Origin: Nemertoderma westbladi
Lineage: Eukaryota > Animalia > Xenacoelomorpha
Length of the DNA: 33,788 bases
Assembly (NCBI GenBank): GCA_032718475.1
Contig: JAUCBJ010005661.1
Span: 1-33,788 of the forward strand
Direction of reading: 5' to 3'
In this document: piece by piece, positions 9,201-20,100 of the stretch
Layout of the letters: each line of letters starts with the position of its first letter
Position numbering within the stretch: position 1 is the stretch's first letter
Notes under the pieces: model-generated
Told to the model about the DNA's origin: nothing
Databases searched by the model: none
What the model saw: the letters and a program-made list of their open reading frames with translations, nothing else
Program-made: the position numbers and the translations under genes

Positions 9201-10733
9201 ACGAACTCGCTCTTTACGCTCGTCCGTGCCTTCTCTTTCGCCTATGGCGGCGTCCGGGCCGCGTCCGTCGTTCACCGACAACTATTCGCCCGGATTCTGT
9301 CCGGTAAGTCAGAATTCTTCGACGAGACTCCGGTGGGCCGGATCGTGAATCGGTTCTCCTCCGATATCTACGCCGTCGACGATTCTCTCCCTTTCATCCT
9401 CAACATCTTCCTCGCCAACGTATTCGGTATCATCGGGACTTCCGTTATCGTCTGCGTCGGGTTGCCATGGTTCCTCGTTCTCGTGGTCCCGATAGCCTTT
9501 ATTTATTATCGAATACAGAAGTTCTACCGGAAATCCAGTCGGGAGTTGAAGCGGATATACAGCGTGAGTTTGTCGCCGATTTACGCGCATTTCTCGGAGA
9601 CGCTTTCCGGGTTGGAGACGATAAAGTCGTTCCGAGAGACGCGGCGATTCCGGACGGAGATGCGAGGGTTGGTTGAGTCGAGTCAGCGGTCCCGGTTCAG
9701 TACCGACGTGGCCGGGACCTGGTTGAATCTCGCGCTCCAACTCCTCGGGGTGCTGATCCTCGCGGGAGTCGCGTTCATCTCCGTCGTACAACGGCAGTTC
9801 GGCGCGGTGGACGCCGGGCTGGTCGGGTTGGCCGTGAGTTACGCGCTGTCGGTTACCGGGCTGCTATCCGGGGTGGTTCACACCTTCACCGAGACCGAGA
9901 AGCAGATGGTGTCGGTGGAGCGCTGTCGGGAGTACATCGAGGGAGTCGCACCCGAGGAGGAGGGATACCCCGGGGTCTCCGTGCCGGCTGGGTGGCCCGT
10001 CGACGGGGCCGTGGCCTTCTGCGACGCGCGCCTCGTCTACCGGCCCCGATACGACGACGCATTCACGGCGCTAGATGGCGTCTGTCTGTCTGTCCGACCC
10101 GGGGAGCGGTTCGCCTTAGTTGGGCGGACCGGCTCCGGTAAGTCCAGTCTCTTCCTCGCCCTCTTCCGTATGTACGACCTCCACTCGGGGTCCATCTACC
10201 TAGACGGTATCGATATAACGCAAGTCCCGTTGGAGACACTTCGCTCGTCTATCACCATAGTGACCCAGACGCCGTTCGTATTCAGCGGCTCTGTTCGAGA
10301 GAATCTCGATCCCTGGGGTTTAGTCTCCCAGGAGGAGTTGCAACTCTGCGTGGAGATGTGTCAGCTGTCGGAAGTGGTGAGTACCTTGGGCGGGTTGGAG
10401 GGGCGGGTTGAGGAAGGCGGGAAGAACCTCTCATTGGGACAACGACAACTTATATGCCTAACTCGGGCGGTTCTACGGCCAACCAGGTTGTTGTGTTTGG
10501 ACGAAGCGACGGCCTCATTGGACAACCAATCCGACGCTATTTTCCAACATATAATAAGGCGGCGTTTGATTGGACGGACTGTTATTACCATAGCCCATCG
10601 TATATCCACGGTTATGGATTACGATAGGGTTGCCGTTATGAGTGGGGGGTCTATCGTTGAGATAGGACCTCCTAAACTCTTATTGGCTGATACTACAAGT
10701 CGGTTCAGCCAATTAGCAAACAGCCAACACTAG
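6210..10733 (+). CDS. ABCC10: ABC transporter subfamily C member 10 (MRP7), long-type ABCC with TMD0-TMD1-NBD1-TMD2-NBD2; CDS uninterrupted
   Basis: 1507-aa ORF with ATG in the context AAAATGG. NBD1 has Walker A GRVGSGKS (8241-8264), signature LSGGQ and ALARAVYQ..VYLLDDALAAVD. NBD2 has GRTGSGKS (10122-10145), degenerate signature LSLGQRQL, LCLDEATAS and TIAHR. ABCC10-typical segments include the N-terminal LCG...LW, KYLDAFCVYFW, DDSLPFILNIFLA and GLVGLAVSYALSVTGLLSG. Confidence 0.95.
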   Translation: MAEFLVKLCGDNGTLDLWSNDFNDFPICIRDIVSIAIHIIMVVTSCCICGCSRRLISTSNKFTVTTNVSLFIISTIIVLAHISAVLVYTFHGSLPLSTSIKETLIIVSWFLISLIFLQHYKKLVLASRLWVILFSDILILVVMTADLRSAILDLLPPPGNPELHKLRRSIAILSWFLVLLFGLALIAAFAHNRRLIRAPRGFSAINSFYTNDPQPDYNLGTAEDDAVCLSHLLFLWILKLFSKGSRGLLRHTDDVFQLPSDIKTGNLENKFRQHLKGNRTVEVDSDVIYKDRPKDLSVSGLFTAFNRAFGCHYYSLGLLKLFADVVTFCGPILLNKLINFMENRDEPTANGYLYASGLTLSALIGAICGSHFDYGINKVGIKIRSCVTSAVYEQLFAVAPSTLGRYNRGEIANFISTDGERLTNFAVSFHSIVSLLFQISVSLYLLHQQVGLSFLCGVAFCLLMIPLNWLITNKIKYYSELMMSKKDNRINILSELLLGVRIVKFYSWERLFDGRIQRERKEELRCLKWRKYLDAFCVYFWVVTPIFMSVFTFITYVMLGNRLTAASVFTTIALFTILKTPMNAFPWVINGIVEAWVSLQRINAFIKLESMDYTHYYDVTRPYCVTETRPVAIEIVNGWFAWKTDNQPTDGLESHEVLFSLKNIRLRVCEGEFIGVVGRVGSGKSSLLSAIRGSMDKVAGSVWVPRLAEGFSFVSQEAWLQRGSVRANILFGSPYEPNFYARVLFACALETDLATLPHGDATEVGESGGRLSGGQRVRVALARAVYQRKPVYLLDDALAAVDAPVARHILRHCVNGLLRFATRVVASNQLEYLDAADVVVVMDTGRISRTSGALPSGDPRESDSPTEFLAPSESPEELELQAVGAVSLHVYRFYWLAIGSVCAAVILLALTAMQTTRNLTDWWLAYWINSANQSSVPNHSFHPHSTFPASHLRSYQSFLLRYSANHRFSPVETPDNSTKLHEDSTTFYLVVYGCLAATNSLFTLVRAFSFAYGGVRAASVVHRQLFARILSGKSEFFDETPVGRIVNRFSSDIYAVDDSLPFILNIFLANVFGIIGTSVIVCVGLPWFLVLVVPIAFIYYRIQKFYRKSSRELKRIYSVSLSPIYAHFSETLSGLETIKSFRETRRFRTEMRGLVESSQRSRFSTDVAGTWLNLALQLLGVLILAGVAFISVVQRQFGAVDAGLVGLAVSYALSVTGLLSGVVHTFTETEKQMVSVERCREYIEGVAPEEEGYPGVSVPAGWPVDGAVAFCDARLVYRPRYDDAFTALDGVCLSVRPGERFALVGRTGSGKSSLFLALFRMYDLHSGSIYLDGIDITQVPLETLRSSITIVTQTPFVFSGSVRENLDPWGLVSQEELQLCVEMCQLSEVVSTLGGLEGRVEEGGKNLSLGQRQLICLTRAVLRPTRLLCLDEATASLDNQSDAIFQHIIRRRLIGRTVITIAHRISTVMDYDRVAVMSGGSIVEIGPPKLLLADTTSRFSQLANSQH

Positions 10734-11085
10734 CTGCAGTATTTTTCTATTTACTTATTCCATTTTAATTAATACAAACGTTTCCAAATGTTTCCTTCTT
10801 TTTTACTAAAAAATCCGTTTTTTTCCCATTTTTTATTTATGGAATATATGGATGACTTTATTTCCTCATTTTTTGCTCGTCTTCCTCTTTATTTACTTTT
10901 TCCTATTTATCACTATATGTACGTCGATTGCGTTATTGTTATGGTATTTAGTTTGCACTGTATCGCAAGGTGTTGGCCTGTTGTGTCTCCTGTGTATGTT
11001 AGTAATCTCTGTCCCTCATAATCTAACCTAATTCACTATTCCTCACGAAGTATTTATAGCATTGTATATAAAAAAAATTTATTTC

Positions 11086-11091
11086 ATTAAA
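11086..11091 (+). terminator. Candidate polyadenylation hexamer (ATTAAA) for ABCC10
   Basis: ATTAAA lies ~350 bp after the stop codon. It is preceded by TGTA (11063-11066) and followed ~20 nt later by GT-rich sequence. No canonical AATAAA was seen between the stop and the satellite. Confidence 0.35.
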
Positions 11092-11112
11092 GTCCGGAAT
11101 AGTTGCGATTAT

Positions 11113-14100
11113 TTGTCTGGTTTTAAGTGTGGTTGTCTGTATTGTTTTAAGTGTGGTTGTCTGTATTGTTTTACCTTTAAGTGTGGTTTTCTGTATTGTT
11201 TTACCTTTAAGTGTGGTTGTCTGTATTGTTTTACCTTTAAGTGTGATTGTCTGTATTGTTTTACCTTTAAGTGTGGTTGTCTGTATTGTTTTACCTTTAA
11301 GTGTGGTTGTCTGTATTGTTTTACCTTTAAGTGTGGTTGTCTGTATTGTTTTAAGTGTGGTTGTCTGTATTGTTTTACCTTTAAGTGTGGTTGTCTGTAT
11401 TGTTTTACCTTTAAGTATGGTTGTCTGTATTGTTTTACCTTTAAGTGTGGTTGTCTGTATTGTTTTACCTTTAAGTGTGGTTGTCTGTATTGTTTTACCT
11501 TTAAGTGTGGTTGTCTGTATTGTTTTAAGTGTGGTTGTCTGTATTGTTTTAAGTGTGGTTGTCTGTATTGTTTTACCTTTAAGTGTGGTTGTCTGTATTG
11601 TTTTACCTTTAAGTGTGGTTGTCTGTATTGTTTTACCTTTAAGTGTGGTTGTCTGTATTGTTTTACCTTTAAGTGTGGTTGTCTGTATTGTTTTAAGTGT
11701 GGTTGTCTGTATTGTTTTAAGTGTGGTTGTCTGTATTGTTTTAAGTGTGGTTGTCTGTATTGTTTTAAGTGTGGTTGTCTGTATTGTTTTACCTTTAAGT
11801 GTGGTTGTCTGTATTGTTTTACCTTTAAGTGTGGTTGTCTGTATTGTTTTACCTTTAAGTGTGGTTGTCTGTATTGTTTTACCTTTAAGTGTGGTTGTCT
11901 GTATTGTTTTACCTTTAAGTGTGGTTGTCTGTATTGTTTTACCTTTAAGTGTGGTTGTCTGTATTGTTTTACCTTTAAGTGTGGTTGTCTGTATTGTTTT
12001 ACCTTTAAGTGTGGTTGTCTGTATTGTTTTACCTTTAAGTGTGGTTGTCTGTATTGTTTTACCTTTAAGTGTGGTTGTCTGTATTGTTTTACCTTTAAGT
12101 GTGGTTGTCTGTATTGTTTTACCTTTAAGTGTGGTTGTCTGTATTGTTTTACCTTTAAGTGTGGTTGTCTGTATTGTTTTACCTTTAAGTGTGGTTGTCT
12201 GTATTGTTTTACCTTTAAGTGTGGTTGTCTGTATTGTTTTACCTTTAAGTGTGGTTGTCTGTATTGTTTTACCTTTAAGTGTGGTTGTCTGTATTGTTTT
12301 ACCTTTAAGTATGGTTGTCTGTATTGTTTTACCTTTAACTGTGGTTGTCTGTATTGTTTTACCTTTAAGTGTGGTTGTCTGTATTGTTTTACCTTTAAGT
12401 GTGGTTGTCTGTATTGTTTTACCTTTAAGTGTGGTTGTCTGTATTGTTTTACCTTTAAGTGTGGTTGTCTGTATTGTTTTACCTTTAAGTGTGGTTGTCT
12501 GTATTGTTTTAAGTGTGGTTGTCTGTATTGTTTTACCTTTAAGTGTGGTTGTCTGTATTGTTTTACCTTTAAGTGTGGTTGTCTGTATTGTTTTACCTTT
12601 AAGTGTGGTTGTCTGTATTGTTTTACCTTTAAGTGTGGTTGTCTGTATTGTTTTACCTTTAAGTGTGGTTGTCTGTATTGTTTTAAGTGTGGTTGTCTGT
12701 ATTGTTTTACCTTTAAGTGTGGTTGTCTGTATTGTTTTACCTTTAAGTGTGGTTGTCTGTATTGTTTTACCTTTAACTGTGGTTGTCTGTATTGTTTTAC
12801 CTTTAAGTGTGGTTGTCTGTATTGTTTTACCTTTAAGTGTGGTTGTCTGTATTGTTTTACCTTTAACTGTGGTTGTCTGTATTGTTTTACCTTTAACTGT
12901 GGTTGTCTGTATTGTTTTACCTTTAAGTGTGGTTGTCTGTATTGTTTTACCTTTAAGTGTGGTTGTCTGTATTGTTTTACCTTTAAGTGTGGTTGTCTGT
13001 ATTGTTTTACCTTTAAGTGTGGTTGTCTGTATTGTTTTACCTTTAAGTGTGGTTGTCTGTATTGTTTTAAGTGTGGTTGTCTGTATTGTTTTACCTTTAA
13101 GTGTGGTTGTCTGTATTGTTTTACCTTTAAGTGTGGTTGTCTGTATTGTTTTACCTTTAACTGTGGTTGTCTGTATTGTTTTACCTTTAAGTGTGGTTGT
13201 CTGTATTGTTTTACCTTTAAGTGTGGTTGTCTGTATTGTTTTACCTTTAACTGTGGTTGTCTGTATTGTTTTACCTTTAACTGTGGTTGTCTGTATTGTT
13301 TTACCTTTAAGTGTGGTTGTCTGTATTGTTTTACCTTTAAGTGTGGTTGTCTGTATTGTTTAAAGTGTGGTTGTCTGTATTGTTTTACCTTTAAGTGTGG
13401 TTGTCTGTATTGTTTTACCTTTAAGTGTGGTTGTCTGAATTGTTTTAAGTGTGGTTGTCTGTATTGTTTTACCTTTAAGTGTGGTTGTCTGTATTGTTTT
13501 ACCTTTAAGTGTGGTTGTCTGTATTGTTTTAAGTGTGGTTGTCTGTATTGTTTTACCTTTAAGTGTGGTTGTCTGTATTGTTTTACCTTTAAGTGTGGTT
13601 GTCTGTATTGTTTTACCTTTAAGTGTGGTTGTCTGTATTGTTTTACCTTTAAGTGTGGTTGTCTGTATTGTTTTACCTTTAACTGTGGTTGTCTGTATTG
13701 TTTTACCTTTAAGTGTGGTTGTCTGTATTGTTTTACCTTTAACTGTGGTTGTCTGTATTGTTTTACCTTTAACTGTGGTTGTCTGTATTGTTTTACCTTT
13801 AAGTGTGGTTGTCTGTATTGTTTTACCTTTAAGTGTGGTTGTCTGTATTGTTTTAAGTGTGGTTGTCTGTATTGTTTTACCTTTAAGTGTGGTTGTCTGT
13901 ATTGTTTTACCTTTAACTGTGGTTGTCTGTATTATTTTACCTTTAACTGTGGTTGTCTGTATTGTTTTACCTTTAAGTGTGGTTGTCTGTATTGTTTTAC
14001 CTTTAAGTGTGGTTGTCTGTATTGTTTTAAGTGTGGTTGTCTGTATTGTTTTACCTTTAAGTGTGGTTGTCTGTATTGTTTTACCTTTAAGTGTGGTTGT

Positions 14101-17100
14101 CTGTATTGTTTTACCTTTAAGTGTGGTTGTCTGTATTGTTTTACCTTTAAGTGTGGTTGTCTGTATTGTTTTACCTTTAAGTGTGGTTGTCTGTATTGTT
14201 TTACCTTTAAGTGTGGTTGTCTGTATTGTTTTACCTTTAAGTGTGGTTGTCTGTATTGTTTTACCTTTAAGTGTGGTTGTCTGTATTGTTTTACCTTTAA
14301 GTGTGGTTGTCTGTATTGTTTTACCTTTAACTGTGGTTGTCTGTATTGTTTTACCTTTAAGTGTGGTTGTCTGTATTGTTTTACCTTTAAGTGTGGTTGT
14401 CTGTATTGTTTTACCTTTAAGTGTGGTTGTCTGTATTGTTTTACCTTTACGTGTGGTTGTCTGTATTGCTTTAAGTGTGGTTGTCTGTATTGTTTTACCT
14501 TTAAGTGTGGTTGTCTGTATTGTTTTACCTTTAAGTGTGGTTGTCTGTATTGTTTTACCTTTAAGTGTGGTTGTCTGTATTGTTTTACCTTTAAGTGTGG
14601 TTGTCTGTATTGTTTTACCTTTAACTGTGGTTGTCTGTATTGTTTTACCTTTAAGTGTGGTTGTCTGTATTGTTTTACCTTTAAGTGTGGTTGTCTGTAT
14701 TGTTTTACCTTTAAGTGTGGTTGTCTGTATTGTTTTAAGTGTGGTTGTCTGTATTGTTTTACCTTTAAGTATGGTTGTCTGTATTGTTTTACCTTTAAGT
14801 GTGGTTGTCTGTATTGTTTTACCTTTAAGTGTGGTTGTCTGTATTGTTTTACCTTTAAGTGTGGTTGTCTGTATTGTTTTACCTTTAACTGTGGTTGTCT
14901 GTATTGTTTTACCTTTAAGTGTGGTTGTCTGTATTGTTTTACCTTTAAGTGTGGTTGTCTGTATTGTTTTACCTTTAAGTGTGGTTGTCTGTATTGTTTT
15001 ACCTTTAAGTGTGGTTGTCTGTATTGTTTTACCTTTAACTGTGGTTGTCTGTATTGTTTTACCTTTAAGTGTGGTTGTCTGTATTGTTTTACCTTTAACT
15101 GTGGTTGTCTGTATTGTTTTACCTTTAAGTGTGGTTGTCTGTATTGTTTTACCTTTAACTGTGGTTGTCTGTATTGTTTTACCTTTAAGTGTGGTTGTCT
15201 GTATTGTTTTACCTTTAAGTGTGGTTGTCTGTATTGTTTTACCTTTAAGTGTGGTTGTCTGTATTGTTTTACCTTTAAGTGTGGTTGTCTGTATTGTTTT
15301 ACCTTTAAGTGTGGTTGTCTGTATTGTTTTACCTTTAAGTGTGGTTGTCTGTATTGTTTTACCTTTAAGTGTGGTTGTCTGTATTGTTTTACCTTTAAGT
15401 GTGGTTGTCTGTATTGTTTTACCTTTAAGTGTGGTTGTCTGTATTGTTTTAAGTGTGGTTGTCTGTATTGTTTTACCTTTAAGTGTGGTTGTCTGTATTG
15501 TTTTAAGTGTGGTTGTCTGTATTGTTTTACCTTTAAGTGTGGTTGTCTGTATTGTTTTACCTTTAAGTGTGGTTGTCTGTATTGTTTTAAGTGTGGTTGT
15601 CTGTATTGTTTTACCTTTAAGTGTGGTTGTCTGTATTGTTTTACCTTTAAGTGTGGTTGTCTGTATTGTTTTAAGTGTGGTTGTCTGTATTGTTTTACCT
15701 TTAAGTGTGGTTGTCTGTATTGTTTTAAGTGTGGTTGTCTGTATTGTTTTACCTTTAAGTGTGGTTGTCTGTATTGTTTTACCTTTAAGTGTGGTTGTCT
15801 GTATTGTTTTAAGTGTGGTTGTCTGTATTGTTTTACCTTTAAGTGTGGTTGTCTGTATTGTTTTACCTTTAAGTGTGGTTGTCTGTATTGTTTTAAGTGT
15901 GGTTGTCTGTATTGTTTTACCTTTAATTGTGGTTGTCTGTATTGTTTTACCTTTAACTGTGGTTGTCTGTATTGTTTTACCTTTAAGTGTGGTTGTCTGT
16001 ATTGTTTTACCTTTAAGTGTGGTTGTCTGTATTGTTTTACCTTTAAGTGTGGTTGTCTGTATTGTTTTAAGTGTGGTTGTCTGTATTGTTTTACCTTTAA
16101 GTGTGGTTGTCTGTATTGTTTTACCTTTAAGTGTGGTTGTCTGTATTGTTTTACCTTTAAGTGTGGTTGTCTGTATTGTTTTACCTTTAAGTGTGGTTGT
16201 CTGTATTGTTTTACCTTTAAGTGTGGTTGTCTGTATTGTTTTACCTTTAACTGTGGTTGTCTGTATTGTTTTACCTTTAAGTGTGGTTGTCTGTATTGTT
16301 TTACCTTTAAGTGTGGTTGTCTGTATTGTTTTACCTTTAAGTGTGGTTGTCTGTATTGTTTTACCTTTAAGTGTGGTTGTCTGTATTGTTTTACCTTTAA
16401 GTGTGGTTGTCTGTATTGTTTTACCTTTAAGTGTGGTTGTCTGTATTGTTTCTTAAGTGTGGTTGTCTGTATTGTTTTACCTTTAAGTGTGGTTGTCTGT
16501 ATTGTTTTACCTTTAAGTGTGGTTGTCTGTATTGTTTTACCTTTAAGTGTGGTTGTCTGTATTGTTTTACCTTTAAGTGTGGTTGTCTGTATTGTTTTAC
16601 CTTTAAGTGTGGTTGTCTGTATTGTTTTACCTTTAAGTGTGGTTGTCTGTATTGTTTTACCTTTAAGTGTGGTTGTCTGTATTGTTTTACCTTTAAGTGT
16701 GGTTGTCTGTATTGTTTTACCTTTAAGTGTGGTTGTCTGTATTGTTTTAAAGTGTGGTTGTCTGTATTGTTTTACCTTTAAGTGTGGTTGTCTGTATTGT
16801 TTTACCTTTAAGTGTGGTTGTCTGTATTGTTTTACCTTTAAGTGTGGTTGTCTGTATTGTTTTACCTTTAAGTGTGGTTGTCTGTATTGTTTTACCTTTA
16901 AGTGTGGTTGTCTGTATTGTTTTAAGTGTGGTTGTCTGTATTGTTTTACCTTTAAGTGTGGTTGTCTGTATTGTTTTACCTTTAAGTGTGGTTGTCTGTA
17001 TTGTTTTACCTTTAAGTGTGGTTGTCTGTATTGTTTTACCTTTAAGTGTGGTTGTCTGTATTGTTTTACCTTTAAGTGTGGTTGTCTGTATTGTTTTACC

Positions 17101-20100
17101 TTTAAGTGTGGTTGTCTGTATTGTTTTACCTTTAACTGTGGTTGTCTGTATTGTTTTACCTTTAAGTGTGGTTGTCTGTATTGTTTTACCTTTAAGTGTG
17201 GTTGTCTGTATTGTTTTACCTTTAAGTGTGGTTGTCTGTATTGTTTTACCTTTAAGTGTGGTTGTCTGTATTGTTTTACCTTTAAGTGTGGTTGTCTGTA
17301 TTGTTTTACCTTTAAGTGTGGTTGTCTGTATTGTTTTACCTTTAAGTGTGGTTGTCTGTATTGTTTTACCTTTAAGTGTGGTTGTCTGTATTGTTTTACC
17401 TTTAAGTGTGGTTGTCTGTATTGTTTTACCTTTAAGTGTGGTTGTCTGTATTGTTTTACCTTTAAGTGTGGTTGTCTGTATTGTTTTACCTTTAAGTGTG
17501 GTTGTCTGTATTGTTTTACCTTTAAGTGTGGTTGTCTGTATTGTTTTACCTTTAAGTGTGGTTGTCTGTATTGTTTTACCTTTAAGTGTGGTTGTCTGTA
17601 TTGTTTTACCTTTAAGTGTGGTTGTCTGTATTGTTTTACCTTTAAGTGTGGTTGTCTGTATTGTTTTACCTTTAAGTGTGGTTGTCTGTATTGTTTTACC
17701 TTTAAGTGTGGTTGTCTGTATTGTTTTACCTTTAAGTGTGGTTGTCTGTATTGTTTTACCTTTAAGTGTGGTTGTCTGTATTGTTTTACCTTTAAGTGTG
17801 GTTGTCTGTATTGTTTTACCTTTAAGTGTGGTTGTCTGTATTGTTTTACCTTTAAGTGTGGTTGTCTGTATTGTTTTACCTTTAAGTGTGGTTGTCTGTA
17901 TTGTTTTACCTTTAAGTGTGGTTGTCTGTATTGTTTTACCTTTAAGTGTGGTTGTCTGTATTGTTTTACCTTTAAGTGTGGTTGTCTGTATTGTTTTACC
18001 TTTAAGTGTGGTTGTCTGTATTGTTTTACCTTTAAGTGTGGTTGTCTGTATTGTTTTACCTTTAAGTGTGGTTGTCTGTATTGTTTTACCTTTAAGTGTG
18101 GTTGTCTGTATTGTTTTACCTTTAAGTGTGGTTGTCTGTATTGTTTTACCTTTAAGTGTGGTTGTCTGTATTGTTTTACCTTTAAGTGTGGTTGTCTGTA
18201 TTGTTTTACCTTTAAGTGTGGTTGTCTGTATTGTTTTACCTTTAAGTGTGGTTGTCTGTATTGTTTTACCTTTAAGTGTGGTTGTCTGTATTGTTTTACC
18301 TTTAAGTGTGGTTGTCTGTATTGTTTTACCTTTAAGTGTGGTTGTCTGTATTGTTTTACCTTTAAGTGTGGTTGTCTGTATTGTTTTACCTTTAAGTGTG
18401 GTTGTCTGTATTGTTTTACCTTTAAGTGTGGTTGTCTGTATTGTTTTACCTTTAAGTGTGGTTGTCTGTATTGTTTTACCTTTAAGTGTGGTTGTCTGTA
18501 TTGTTTTACCTTTAAGTGTGGTTGTCTGTATTGTTTTACCTTTAAGTGTGGTTGTCTGTATTGTTTTACCTTTAAGTGTGGTTGTCTGTATTGTTTTACC
18601 TTTAAGTGTGGTTGTCTGTATTGTTTTACCTTTAAGTGTGGTTGTCTGTATTGTTTTAAGTGTGGTTGTCTGTATTGTTTTACCTTTAAGTGTGGTTGTC
18701 TGTATTGTTTTACCTTTAAGTGTGGTTGTCTGTATTGTTTTAAGTGTGGTTGTCTGTATTGTTTTACCTTTAAGTGTGGTTGTCTGTATTGTTTTACCTT
18801 TAAGTGTGGTTGTCTGTATTGTTTTACCTTTAAGTGTGGTTGTCTGTATTGTTTTACCTTTAAGTGTGGTTGTCTGTATTGTTTTAAGTGTGGTTGTCTG
18901 TATTGTTTTACCTTTAAGTGTGGTTGTCTGTATTGTTTTACCTTTAAGTGTGGTTGTCTGTATTGTTTTAAGTGTGGTTGTCTGTATTGTTTTACCTTTA
19001 AGTGTGGTTGTCTGTATTGTTTTACCTTTAAGTGTGGTTGTCTGTATTGTTTTACCTTTAAGTGTGGTTGTCTGTATTGTTTTACCTTTAAGTGTGGTTG
19101 TCTGTATTGTTTTACCTTTAAGTGTGGTTGTCTGTATTGTTTTACCTTTAAGTGTGGTTGTCTGTATTGTTTTACCTTTAAGTGTGGTTGTCTGTATTGT
19201 TTTACCTTTAAGTGTGGTTGTCTGTATTGTTTTACCTTTAACTGTGGTTGTCTGTATTGTTTTACCTTTAAGTGTGGTTGTCTGTATTGTTTTACCTTTA
19301 AGTGTGGTTGTCTGTATTGTTTTACCTTTAAGTGTGGTTGTCTGTATTGTTTTACCTTTAAGTGTGGTTGTCTGTATTGTTTTACCTTTAAGTGTGGTTG
19401 TCTGTATTGTTTTACCTTTAAGTGTGGTTGTCTGTATTGTTTTACCTTTAAGTGTGGTTGTCTGTATTGTTTTACCTTTAAGTGTGGTTGTCTGTATTGT
19501 TTTACCTTTAAGTGTGGTTGTCTGTATTGTTTTACCTTTAAGTGTGGTTGTCTGTATTGTTTTACCTTTAAGTGTGGTTGTCTGTATTGTTTTACCTTTA
19601 AGTGTGGTTGTCTGTATTGTTTTAAGTGTGGTTGTCTGTATTGTTTTACCTTTAAGTGTGGTTGTCTGTATTGTTTTACCTTTAAGTGTGGTTGTCTGTA
19701 TTGTTTTACCTTTAACTGTGGTTGTCTGTATTGTTTTACCTTTAAGTGTGGTTGTCTGTATTGTTTTACCTTTAAGTGTGGTTGTCTGTATTGTTTTACC
19801 TTTAACTGTGGTTGTCTGTATTGTTTTACCTTTAACTGTGGTTGTCTGTATTGTTTTACCTTTAAGTGTGGTTGTCTGTATTGTTTTACCTTTAAGTGTG
19901 GTTGTCTGTATTGTTTTACCTTTAAGTGTGGTTGTCTGTATTGTTTTACCTTTAAGTGTGGTTGTCTGTATTGTTTTACCTTTAAGTGTGGTTGTCTGTA
20001 TTGTTTTAAGTGTGGTTGTCTGTATTGTTTTACCTTTAAGTGTGGTTGTCTGTATTGTTTTACCTTTAAGTGTGGTTGTCTGTATTGTTTTACCTTTAAC

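Noticed and set aside
6155-10609. Multiple overlapping and antisense ORFs within ABCC10 (e.g. 8268-8876, 8363-9022, 9309-9791)
   Set aside because: These are shadow ORFs expected in GC-rich coding sequence and show no recognisable motifs.
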